Positions 9,486 through 18,129 of a stretch of DNA of 24,541 nucleotides are shown in pieces. Numbering within the stretch: the stretch's first letter is position 1; every line of letters starts with the position of its first letter. The notes beneath the pieces are model-generated. The model made no database searches. It worked only from the letters and a program-made list of their open reading frames with translations, and was not told the origin of the DNA. The stretch is from a virus (Duplodnaviria > Caudoviricetes). Both the position numbers and the translations under genes were made by a program. The stretch lies in IMG/VR virus record IMGVR_UViG_3300037692_000467, positions 1 to 24,541 of that record; one strand, 5' to 3'.

Positions 9486-9644
9486 ATGAAGCGAGCATGG
9501 CTTTTCATCTTGGACATCTGGGAAGAGCCGCAGGGGAAGATATTCCTCATCGCCGCCGCGCTGATTTTCTTCTACACCCTGTTCAACGGCCCGCTCGGCG
9601 GCGGCGAGGGCTGCGATTGGGAACTCGGCGGCCGTTGCAACTAA
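9486..9644 (+). CDS. 52-aa single-TM protein (moron-like)
   Basis: MKRAWLFILDIWEEPQGKIFLIAAALIFFYTLFNGPLGGGEGCDWELGGRCN; fills the gap exactly; stop overlaps the stop of the convergent gene by 4 nt of CDS. Confidence 0.6.
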   Translation: MKRAWLFILDIWEEPQGKIFLIAAALIFFYTLFNGPLGGGEGCDWELGGRCN

Positions 9645-12600
9645 TCGACCGGCGGGTCGATCATGTAGCGGAACATCTGCCTGACGCCGAGATAGGAATT
9701 GAAGGGGATCAGCCGTTCTCTGGCGGCCTTCTGGCCTTTCTGTATTTCCTCGCCTCTGGCCAGCGTGATCGGAATGCCGGCGACGCGGCCCATGTCCTCG
9801 ATCAGCGCGGCGGACGGCCCCATGACCGAGGACAGGTTGCGGTTTCTCAGCCGGTCGGACCCGGCCTGGGATTCGTCGAATGCCGTGATCGGTCCCTTGA
9901 TAGGATTGACGCCGACCAGCTTCTCGAAGCTGTTGGCGAGCTGCATCGGCACCATGATCAGGCCGCCATAGTCGAGGCCCTCGGCGATCCACCATCCGGG
10001 ATTTTCGGCGAATGACGGCACGTCGCGGTTCGTGGCGATGGAGCGCAGCGCGACCACCATCATGCCGAGCGTGGTCAGCGACACGGCACCGGCGAGAAAC
10101 CGCGCCGGACCTTCCTGCAAGCCGCGCAGAAGAATGCGCTGGTGGGAGGCGATATTGAAGGTGTTGAACTGGAACAGCATTCGCCCCGTCGGCGTGTTGG
10201 CGAAGAGCGGGATATCGGCGACCGAGCGGGTGACCACCTGGGTATCGATGTCTTTGTTCATCGCCCCGCGATAGGCGCGCACGGTGGCCTCGTCGGTCCA
10301 CCTCTCGGTGTTGGCGACCCGAACGCCCTCGACCGTCTCGCCCCATTCGTCGAACTGCCGCGCGATTTTGCCGGCCATGGCCTCGTCGATGCCGAGATAC
10401 GCCAAATACTGGCGATCCCGCGCGCCAGACGCGGCGAATCGCCGCGCCGTATCGACGATGCGATGCTGCGTCGCCACGGCGGCAATGGAGCGCATCGAAT
10501 CCGTCCATATGCGAATGCCGTTCCACGACGAGGCAACCTCCACCATACTCGCCATGAACGTCTCGACGGGTCCGCGCGGGGAATAGAAATTTGTGATATC
10601 GGCGAGCGTGGCGAGACGGCCCGACAGCACCCGGTCGCCGATGTTGCCGGCAAGCTTGGCCTCGCGCACGCTCATCTTGAACGCCGAAGGATGCGAAACC
10701 GCCTGGCCCACGGTGCGCATGAATGGCCGCATCCCATGAACCATCATGGTTCGCACAGCCTCGGGGAACGAGGACAGCGTGACCTGGCCCATGACGCGAA
10801 TATAGTTCAGCATGTTCGCCATGCGCGTCATCCTGGCGAAATTCGTTCCCTCCTGGCCTAGATTGTAGGTGCCGCGAAGGAGGTCGCGCACCCCTTCAAG
10901 GTCGCGGAGGGCGGCACGCTCGGCATTGCCCAGGCGGGCGAGCTTGCCGGCGGCGGTCGTTTCGGATCGCAATCGGCGGAAATCCTCGCGCACGGCCTTG
11001 ATCTGCTCGGCCATATCGACCGAGCCGAATTTGCGGGCGAGTTCGACATCGGTGCCGATCACATGCTGATAGCGGCGGCCGACGAGATCGATGTCGCTGT
11101 GCAGCCAGCGCTCGATCATCTCGTCGGGAATGAGGAAGGTGCGGCCTCGCCACGGCCCGCGTGTACCGATGCTCGGGGTCTGCGGCCCGAGGAAATCGGC
11201 GCTTCGGCCGGTGAGTTTGTCGAACACCTCGTTCGCGATGTCGCGAGCGTTACTGTCGATTTCGAGATCGCTCAAGTCGCGACGGCTCTCGGCGATGCGG
11301 CGGATCGTCCTATCGACAATGCGATCGACGGTCTTGGACCTGACCGCCGACGGCTTGCCGGCCCGCTCGACGCGCCTGTCGCGAGCCTTGAGCGCCGCTT
11401 TGGCCCGCCGCGCCGAGCGCCCGCCCCAGGCCATGACCTCTTTCTCGATTTCCGCCCGCGCTTCGTCCCTGGCCGTTCTCGCCGCCGCCAGTTCCGGCGA
11501 CTCCCCGCCGGGCCGCGCCTCCAGCCGGGCAATCTTGTCCTCGGCCGCCGCCGCGCGGTCGCGCAGCCGGTTTAGCCGTCCGGCGGTCTCGCGCTCGGCC
11601 CGCAAACGAGGCTGTATCCATTCGACGACCGTGTTCTTGAACAGGTGCTCCTCGGCCTCCAGCAGTGGCCGGTTATAGATGCGCGAGAAATAGCTGATCG
11701 CCGTCTCGGGCGCGATGTCGGCGGGGAGAATGCCGAGATCGACGGCGGCATTCTTGAGCGGCTCGAAAACCTGCTCGCGCCATGCGCGGGCGGCGGCGGC
11801 GACCTCGGGGGTCTCGTTTTCATCGCCTCGCCGCATCGCCTTGCCGACGGCGGCCGAGAACTCTGAGCGCGACAGGCCGGCGGTGCCGGCGCGCTTGCGG
11901 TAGGTCGAGAAGGATTCGCGCGTGCCCTCGACGGCGCGCATCAATCCGGCGTTCCATTCCTTGCGCAGCGTCTCGACCGCCAGCGGGGCCGCCTGGCCGG
12001 CGTCGGCGCCCTTGAGATACTGCGTCATCTCGAACAGGTTAAACGCCGTGTCGCGAACCGCCGGGCTCGGGCTTTCGGCAAGCCGCAGGCCGGGCACGAT
12101 CCAAGCCGTCGCCTTGACGGTGAGACCGGCCGCCGTTCCTCGGATGGTCAGCGCGTCGATATCCGGTCCAGGCACGCGCTGGGCTCCCGCCGCCGCGCCG
12201 ACCGGCATGGGGAAGGCGTCGTTTTCGGCGGCGCGGGGACCAGGCGGGGCGGCAAGTTCGCTGTCGATAGCGCGGCTCATCGTCCGCCACTCGGCGCGGT
12301 TGACGAGGCGCGACCCGCCGGCGCCGAGAAGGCCGCCGAGCAGCACCGCGCCGCCGATTGCGACGGCGCTTTCGCCTGCCGTGCGGAGTTGCTGGGTCGC
12401 TTGCAGTCCCGCTTCCTGGATCGAGACAGCGGCGCCTGCGGCGAGCCCGACATTGAGGGCGGAGCGGGCGACTGAAAGCCCTCCCTTGATGCCGCGCACG
12501 AAAGCGCCTCCGGGAATCAGTATGGTCGGGTCGGCGATATTGGCGAGCAGGGTGAGCGGCACGCTCATCCAGGCCGGCTCCGCGTCCATGATCCGGCGCT

Positions 12601-12946
12601 CCTCGATCTCCCGCTCGATATCCTGGCGAACCGCCTCGAAATGCGCGCCGTTGCGGACATTCACGAAGCGCTCCCAATAGGCCTCAAGGGGCTTGCCCTC
12701 GATCCGGTCCCAGGCCGAACCGAATGTCGGGTCGGGCTCGCGCGAGACGCCGAAGGCCTCCGACGCGGCGAGTGAGACGATGAGGTTGTCATAGGAGAAA
12801 TGTGCTTTGAGCGCTTCGCCGAGACCGGGCCGAACGATCTCCTCGTCCGGTTCCTCAGTGCCGAGCGCACCCGGCGTCGCCTGCATGCCCTGCGGCGTGC
12901 CGAGCAGGCGCAACGGCATCTCGCGGTTCAGATCGACAACGGTCAT
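9641..12946 (-). CDS. Large internal virion/ejection protein (T7 gp16-position, 1101 aa)
   Basis: ATG at 12946 overlaps the upstream stop (ATGA); N-terminal Gly/Ala hydrophobic stretch; C-terminal GRMLFQFNTF...RLIPFNSYLG resembles podovirus ejection proteins. Confidence 0.8.
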   Translation of the reverse strand: MTVVDLNREMPLRLLGTPQGMQATPGALGTEEPDEEIVRPGLGEALKAHFSYDNLIVSLAASEAFGVSREPDPTFGSAWDRIEGKPLEAYWERFVNVRNGAHFEAVRQDIEREIEERRIMDAEPAWMSVPLTLLANIADPTILIPGGAFVRGIKGGLSVARSALNVGLAAGAAVSIQEAGLQATQQLRTAGESAVAIGGAVLLGGLLGAGGSRLVNRAEWRTMSRAIDSELAAPPGPRAAENDAFPMPVGAAAGAQRVPGPDIDALTIRGTAAGLTVKATAWIVPGLRLAESPSPAVRDTAFNLFEMTQYLKGADAGQAAPLAVETLRKEWNAGLMRAVEGTRESFSTYRKRAGTAGLSRSEFSAAVGKAMRRGDENETPEVAAAARAWREQVFEPLKNAAVDLGILPADIAPETAISYFSRIYNRPLLEAEEHLFKNTVVEWIQPRLRAERETAGRLNRLRDRAAAAEDKIARLEARPGGESPELAAARTARDEARAEIEKEVMAWGGRSARRAKAALKARDRRVERAGKPSAVRSKTVDRIVDRTIRRIAESRRDLSDLEIDSNARDIANEVFDKLTGRSADFLGPQTPSIGTRGPWRGRTFLIPDEMIERWLHSDIDLVGRRYQHVIGTDVELARKFGSVDMAEQIKAVREDFRRLRSETTAAGKLARLGNAERAALRDLEGVRDLLRGTYNLGQEGTNFARMTRMANMLNYIRVMGQVTLSSFPEAVRTMMVHGMRPFMRTVGQAVSHPSAFKMSVREAKLAGNIGDRVLSGRLATLADITNFYSPRGPVETFMASMVEVASSWNGIRIWTDSMRSIAAVATQHRIVDTARRFAASGARDRQYLAYLGIDEAMAGKIARQFDEWGETVEGVRVANTERWTDEATVRAYRGAMNKDIDTQVVTRSVADIPLFANTPTGRMLFQFNTFNIASHQRILLRGLQEGPARFLAGAVSLTTLGMMVVALRSIATNRDVPSFAENPGWWIAEGLDYGGLIMVPMQLANSFEKLVGVNPIKGPITAFDESQAGSDRLRNRNLSSVMGPSAALIEDMGRVAGIPITLARGEEIQKGQKAARERLIPFNSYLGVRQMFRYMIDPPVD

Positions 12947-15453
12947 TGCGGTTGCGGCCCCTCTAGAATCTGATCGGCGCCGGTCTCGAACAGGCCGGGG
13001 TCGGCCGGACGCGGGGCATTTTGAGCCGCCCTGAATGCTTCGGCCCGGAGGCGGGTCTGCTCGGACCTGAGCACGGCGGGATCGGCGGTGAAGGCGCGGC
13101 CCGCGTCGAGCGTATGGACAATGTCGTCGGCGTCTCTCCAGAACAGCAGATAAGGCACCGGCCGGCCGGTCTTCCAGGCATCCGCCGTGAGGCTGGGGAT
13201 GGGCAGCAGGCGGAGGTCTTCGCGCTTCGCCGCCATGCCGGTTTCCGCTTCGATGTCGGAAAGCGCGGCCGCGGCTATCGCTTCCGACGGATTTTCCAGC
13301 CCGAACAGACCGGGCGCGCTTTCCGGCGGGTATCGGCTCACAATGTCGGCGCCGTTGACGCTGGTAACGCCCCAGACGCGCTTCAATTGCGCGGCCGCGA
13401 GCGTCTTTGCGCTGGCGGCGTCGCCGCTTTCCATGTAGCGCTCGCGGAAGAGCTCGGTGTAATCGGAGAACATGGCCCGCCGCGTCTCCGGGTCTTGGCC
13501 TATCGTCGGTTGGCCCGGCCACCATGGTGCCGGGTCGAATGCCGATTCGAGATGGGAAAGCGCGAGTTTGTCCTTGACGATCTTGTCGATGTCCTCGCCT
13601 TTGACCTGGGCGGCGACGCGCGATTTGTACTCCGGCGTGTTCGCCTCGGCGAGCCGCGCCGCCGATTCTTCGGCGGTATAGCCGAGATCGTCTACCATGT
13701 GACGAAACGTCAGCGCCGCTTGCTCGATTTCGGAGGCGCCAGGGTGGCCGGCAAACGCATGCGGATTGGCGAACATCAGGTTCGCCGCAAGTTGCATCGC
13801 GCCCTCGATGCGCGCCGGGTCCGTGGTGGCGAGATCGCCGCGCACCTTCTTGACCACGCTCGGCGGGGCCACTCCGGTTTGGTCCACCAGCGCCTTGAGC
13901 GCGCTTGCATCGCCTCCAAGAGCCTCGTAGACGCGATCCAGGTCCTTCCGGTCGTCCGCGTCGTAGGGATTGAAATCGCCGCCCTGCGGGCTGGTGAAGC
14001 GTTCGTAGGCCCTGCGCAGCGCCAGAACGTCCTTTGTCGCCGCGTCATATTGCCTCAGCGCCGCGTTGCGCTGGGTTTCCAGAAGCGCGGCGTCGTTCTC
14101 GATATCGGAGCGCGGAAAGAGCGGGCCAAGTCCCGCGCTGGCATCGATGATCCGCCGCTCGTGCTCCTCGGCCGCCTCGCCGGATGCCTTGCGGCGTTGG
14201 GCGTCGATCTTCGCCGTCTCGGCCATGGCGTAGCCGATGTAGCGCCGACGCTCCTCGGGGCCGAGCGGCAGGTCAGGATCCCACAACGCCTCCTCGATCA
14301 ATGTCGCCGTGTCGTCGGTGACGCCCATGCGCGCGGACGCCCATTGCGCGATCTCGCCAACCGTCTTGCCTTTCAGCACCGTCTTGTTGGCCGCGATCAT
14401 GGCGTCGGCCTTGGCCTCCGGCACGCCGCCCGCCGTCAGCGCTTCGCGGATTCCGTCGGCCGGCGCGGCGGTGAGCATAGCGAGCGCCCCTCCGGCGCCA
14501 AGAAAATGAGCCAGATAGAGATTGCGGGCGGTCGCGACGTGGCCGGCCCTTTCCAGAATATCAGCGTTTTCCCCGGCCAGCGCCTCGACCATTTGCCGCG
14601 ACAGAGGCCCATCGCCGCGCATCTCCAGGATTTCCTCGCGGCTGCGTCCTTCCGTCAAGTCGGGCCTGTGGCGGGCGAGCAGATCGAGCCAGGTCGATTC
14701 GAGAAACTGCCCCGCTCCGGCGGCGGTCGAGGTTTCCGACGCCGCTTGCGGGTCTCCGGCCGATTCGGCCAGGACGATGCGCTCGACGACTGAGGCGCGC
14801 TCCGGTCCTGGCGGCAGGCCGCCGCGACTCGATGCGTGGACCACGGCCTCGGCGATATGGCGCCCCTCTGAGTTCGCCATGGCCCGGCTGGCGATCTCCT
14901 CGCTGACGCCGTAGAGCGGCTGACGCCCGAGTTCGTCGTAGATGGACCGCATTTCGGCCGACAGCGCGGCGTATTCTGGGCTTCCCGTCTCGCCTTCGTG
15001 CGCCATCGCCGCCATGCGGTCGTCTATGGCCGAAGCCCGCGTCAACATGGAATCCTTGGCGGCCTTGAAGGTGGCCGCGTGCAACTCGCTTTGCAGCGCG
15101 TTATAGGTCCGCGTTGTCGCGATTCCGAGCTGACCGGCGATTTTGGCGCGCGTGAAGGGATTGGGTTCGCGCTTCTGCAATTCGCCCGCGTAACCCTTCG
15201 CCCATGCCTTGAATTTCTCTGGATGGCCGGCGTTTTCGAGCCGGGCGCGATGCATGTCCTCCTCGATACGCAAGGCGGACTCGGAAAGTTTGCGGTTTTC
15301 GACCGCGCGCGTCAGTTCGTTGACGCCCTCCGCGGTCTGGGCGAGGACATTGGCGAGCATGCGGCCCGGCACCGCCACGTCGGCGGCGGTGACGCGGGAG
15401 GTCGGCGCCTCGGTCGTAACCAAGCGGCGCGAAAATGACGGAAGCTCGACCAT
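12943..15453 (-). CDS. Internal virion/ejection protein with lytic transglycosylase domain (T7 gp15-position)
   Basis: IVLAESAGDPQA...AAGAGQFLESTW...LYLAHFLGAGGA SLT/lysozyme-like motifs within an 836-aa helical protein. Confidence 0.85.
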   Translation of the reverse strand: MVELPSFSRRLVTTEAPTSRVTAADVAVPGRMLANVLAQTAEGVNELTRAVENRKLSESALRIEEDMHRARLENAGHPEKFKAWAKGYAGELQKREPNPFTRAKIAGQLGIATTRTYNALQSELHAATFKAAKDSMLTRASAIDDRMAAMAHEGETGSPEYAALSAEMRSIYDELGRQPLYGVSEEIASRAMANSEGRHIAEAVVHASSRGGLPPGPERASVVERIVLAESAGDPQAASETSTAAGAGQFLESTWLDLLARHRPDLTEGRSREEILEMRGDGPLSRQMVEALAGENADILERAGHVATARNLYLAHFLGAGGALAMLTAAPADGIREALTAGGVPEAKADAMIAANKTVLKGKTVGEIAQWASARMGVTDDTATLIEEALWDPDLPLGPEERRRYIGYAMAETAKIDAQRRKASGEAAEEHERRIIDASAGLGPLFPRSDIENDAALLETQRNAALRQYDAATKDVLALRRAYERFTSPQGGDFNPYDADDRKDLDRVYEALGGDASALKALVDQTGVAPPSVVKKVRGDLATTDPARIEGAMQLAANLMFANPHAFAGHPGASEIEQAALTFRHMVDDLGYTAEESAARLAEANTPEYKSRVAAQVKGEDIDKIVKDKLALSHLESAFDPAPWWPGQPTIGQDPETRRAMFSDYTELFRERYMESGDAASAKTLAAAQLKRVWGVTSVNGADIVSRYPPESAPGLFGLENPSEAIAAAALSDIEAETGMAAKREDLRLLPIPSLTADAWKTGRPVPYLLFWRDADDIVHTLDAGRAFTADPAVLRSEQTRLRAEAFRAAQNAPRPADPGLFETGADQILEGPQPQ

Positions 15454-15878
15454 CAGGCGGCCCCGGCGGCCTGTTGGCTGGCCGTCGTGAAGGCGGCCGT
15501 CACACCTTTCAGGCCGCCATAGAGCCAGGCGCTATCCGCCGATTGGCTGAAAAACCGCGCCGAGCGCGTATCCGAGGAAACCTGGGCGAGGATATTGCCG
15601 ACGCGAATGCGGCGCTCGCGCTCGGCGATGCCGCCTTCTTTCTCAATGATCGCCCGCGTCGTCGGGCTGTCGGGCGAGATGCCGCTCGACGCGCGAATGG
15701 AGCGAATGTTGGAAATGACGTTCGCCAGTTCCTCGCGCACCGCCGTGTCGGTCTGAGCGGCGGCGATCTTGCCCTGCCGGGCCGCCGTTCGAGCTTCGGC
15801 CGCCTTGAACGACATGGCGCGCGATTCCGCGGCACCCTCCGCTAGACCGGAAGCGACCTGCAAGACAAGGTTTCCCAT
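15453..15878 (-). CDS. Small internal virion protein (T7 gp14-position)
   Basis: ATG 15878 with GGAG RBS; Ala/Ser-rich, IRSIRASSGISPDSPT motif; TGATG coupling to the next gene. Confidence 0.78.
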   Translation of the reverse strand: MGNLVLQVASGLAEGAAESRAMSFKAAEARTAARQGKIAAAQTDTAVREELANVISNIRSIRASSGISPDSPTTRAIIEKEGGIAERERRIRVGNILAQVSSDTRSARFFSQSADSAWLYGGLKGVTAAFTTASQQAAGAA

Positions 15879-15903
15879 AGAAAACTCCGCGCGAGGACTA
15901 TCC

Positions 15904-15989
15904 GCGGCGATCATGGCCGAACCCCGAAAGGTGACAACGCACCGCACGGTGCGTTGCCGCGCCGGGACCGCTTGCCCAAAGTCGCCGGT
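15904..15989. promoter_or_regulatory. Divergent back-to-back late promoters centred on palindrome CAACGCACC-GCAC-GGTGCGTTG (15935-15956)
   Basis: Minus: TTGTCA-N16-CATGAT; plus: TTGCCG-N17-CAAAGT-N7-ATG(15990). Confidence 0.65.
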
Positions 15990-16379
15990 ATGACGCTGGA
16001 AGCCCTCGACCTCGCCACGTTTCGCCGCAACGGGATGTTGACCGTCGACGCCACGATCAACGGGCTAGATGGCACGGCCGCCAATCTCACCGGCTTTACC
16101 GGCGATTCGATTCGCTGGGCGATCTCGAAAAGCCGCCGCGGCCCGCGTCTGGCCACGTTGAGCCTCACCGCCAACACGTACGGCGATATTACGCTCACCG
16201 GGGCGGCGGCGGGGCTGATCCGCATCCAGTTCCGCGCTCCCGTGCCCCCGGCCGATCCCGACCCGTTCGCGGCTGGCTTGTATTGGCAGGAATGCGAGGT
16301 GGTGCTGGCCGAAGCGACCGAGACCAAATTTTTCGGCCCGGTGCGGATCGAACCGTCAATGTTTGCAAATGAGGAATAG
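15990..16379 (+). CDS. Tail/baseplate adaptor-like protein (BppU N-terminal-like beta sandwich)
   Basis: ANLTGF...IRWAI...ITLTGAAAGLIRIQF...GLYWQECEV...GPVRI pattern. Confidence 0.55.
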   Translation: MTLEALDLATFRRNGMLTVDATINGLDGTAANLTGFTGDSIRWAISKSRRGPRLATLSLTANTYGDITLTGAAAGLIRIQFRAPVPPADPDPFAAGLYWQECEVVLAEATETKFFGPVRIEPSMFANEE

Positions 16380-16384
16380 GGATC

Positions 16385-16798
16385 ATGGAAAAGGTATTCA
16401 GGGGTGCCGATGTGACGATTGTAAACCCGGCGACGGGAGAGCCATACGACAGTTCGGCACCGATGCCGGTCGGAGTAGGCGCCGGATCGGCGGTAGTTGG
16501 CAAGGTCGATCATACGACCACCGGAATAGGCCATGGCGTCAAGACTGTTACGGCAGCCGGGACAGATCTTGTTCTGGCAGCGTCTACTCCGGCCAAGTGG
16601 GTGACGATCCAGGCTCAGACAGACAACACCGGGATTATCGCGGTCGGCGCGACGGGTGTCGATGCCACGGTGGCGACCGGGACGGGTGTCGCTCTAGCGG
16701 CTGGCGAGAGCGTAACGCTGCCCATCGACAATCTCGCCGATATCTTCATCGACGCCACGGTGAGCGGTGAGGGCGTGCGCTACACCTACGGGACATAG
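16385..16798 (+). CDS. Hypothetical virion protein (Thr/Gly/Val-rich beta domain)
   Basis: GAGGA/AGGGA RBS; VTIQA..DNTGIIAVG....GVALAAGESVTL pattern common in phage structural proteins. Confidence 0.65.
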   Translation: MEKVFRGADVTIVNPATGEPYDSSAPMPVGVGAGSAVVGKVDHTTTGIGHGVKTVTAAGTDLVLAASTPAKWVTIQAQTDNTGIIAVGATGVDATVATGTGVALAAGESVTLPIDNLADIFIDATVSGEGVRYTYGT

Positions 16799-16801
16799 AC
16801 C

Positions 16802-17563
16802 GTGACCGGAACTCCACTCAGCCTTGTGGTCCCAGGGATGCCAGGGATCATCGGGCAGGCCCAGGTTCCCGCGTGGCGGCGCATCCTCAACCTCGCCACG
16901 GCGGACGGCTGGACGGGGCTCTACGACCCGACCAACCCGAATACACGGACGCTGCGGGTAGACGGGGCGGACAGCTACTTTTCGGCCATAGCGGACGGAC
17001 TTGGCAATCTGCCCGATCTGGTGCAGGCCACCGAGAGCAAGCAGATGTTGCTTTCGGTCGGTGCATTTGGGAAGTTAGACGCGGCGATGGGCAACGCGAA
17101 TCTCATAACATCGATGGCCACAAACGCCTTTGCGGATTTGGCGCAACCATTTTTCGGTATCATAATTGGAAAATTAACTTCGGCCCTCGGGGCAAATCGA
17201 AAGCTGGTGGATGGAGTTTCTGGCACAAAAAGAATGTTAATTTCCACAAATGGCACATCGTTTTTAATATATTCAGGGGCAACACTCGCAGGGGCCAACG
17301 AAGATAATAATTCGCATGTCCATGGCGGGTTTTATAATGATATGGGTTCGGAATTCTATATTGACGGTGCGTTGAGTGCTAGTGGTGCGGCTGGAACTCA
17401 ATCAGTATCTGGATTTACGATTGGGACGCAGTTTGATCTGGCGTCGTCTTGGTGGATTGGGCCGATAGGACCCTTGCTCTTTTACCATGGCAACCCCGGC
17501 ACCGCGAAGATCGGCCGCATGTTCGACCTTCTGCACTCGCTCACCGGCATAGCGCAGGCATAG
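16802..17563 (+). CDS. Putative receptor-binding protein with ConA/LamG-like domain
   Basis: GTG start; DLVQATESKQ...EFYIDG...GFTIG...WWIGPIGPLLFY lectin-like beta sandwich pattern. Confidence 0.6.
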   Translation: MTGTPLSLVVPGMPGIIGQAQVPAWRRILNLATADGWTGLYDPTNPNTRTLRVDGADSYFSAIADGLGNLPDLVQATESKQMLLSVGAFGKLDAAMGNANLITSMATNAFADLAQPFFGIIIGKLTSALGANRKLVDGVSGTKRMLISTNGTSFLIYSGATLAGANEDNNSHVHGGFYNDMGSEFYIDGALSASGAAGTQSVSGFTIGTQFDLASSWWIGPIGPLLFYHGNPGTAKIGRMFDLLHSLTGIAQA

Positions 17564-17576
17564 AAAGGCACCGATA

Positions 17577-17966
17577 ATGAAAGTTTCGATGGCGGTTTTA
17601 TCGACGCTCGTCCTCGCCGGCATGTCCGCCCTGCCTGCCGCCGTCACGCTACCGCCCCCACAGTACGACCATGAACCGAAGGTCAAGTACGAAATCATCG
17701 AGGTGCCGTGGCACAAAGTCGCGGAGGTGTGTCCCGGACGCGGCCGGGAGGGGGCCTGCGCCGTCGATTTCGGTCCGCTCGGCTGGACCATCGTCATGCC
17801 GGAGCGCGACGGATCGTTCCTGGCGGACGATTGGGGACGGCTGTTGCGGCACGAGAAGGGCCATCTGAATGGCTGGTCGCGCGCGCATCCCGACACCTAT
17901 CTGTGCGGCGACGCGCGATGCTCCTGGCTCTATTCGGTGGAGCGGGGCGACGAGCGGCGGCGTTGA
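17577..17966 (+). CDS. Small exported protein with HExxH motif (putative zinc metallopeptidase)
   Basis: Signal-peptide-like N-terminus; LLRHEKGHLNGW; four Cys. Confidence 0.6.
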   Translation: MKVSMAVLSTLVLAGMSALPAAVTLPPPQYDHEPKVKYEIIEVPWHKVAEVCPGRGREGACAVDFGPLGWTIVMPERDGSFLADDWGRLLRHEKGHLNGWSRAHPDTYLCGDARCSWLYSVERGDERRR

Positions 17967-18088
17967 GATTGTCGGGAATAACTCGGAGCTTTGGAACCGC
18001 TCTCTGCTGACCGACATCGGCCTCGACCCCGACACGATCCTTGCCGAGGGCGAAGCGGACGAGTTCGCCTGATCCCCGCGCATAATGC

Positions 18089-18129
18089 GGTGCGTTGCGG
18101 TTAGCCGCCCGATTCTCATCATCGCGGGC
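18089..18129 (+). promoter_or_regulatory. Putative late promoter (leaderless) heading the lysis region
   Basis: GGTGCGTTG 18089-18097; TTGCGG-N16-CATCAT-N7-ATG(18130). Confidence 0.6.

Noticed and set aside
12947-13525. N-terminal extension of the 1294-aa ORF
   Set aside because: It is an Arg-rich off-frame overlap with the upstream gene; the ATGA-coupled start at 12946 fits better
686-14793. Long antisense/alternative-frame ORFs (686..2404, 2701..3990, 2847..4181, 6355..8334, 8443..9498, 13021..14793)
   Set aside because: They are shadow ORFs expected from high-GC codon bias over well-supported genes, with no recognisable motifs
17366-17374. Sixth exact GGTGCGTTG copy
   Set aside because: It lies inside a CDS, has no nAnnnT hexamer at 16-18 nt spacing and is about 200 nt from the next start, so it is probably chance
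16802-17563. Diversity-generating retroelement target (BPP-1-like phage)
   Set aside because: No reverse transcriptase and no TR/VR repeat pair seen in the window
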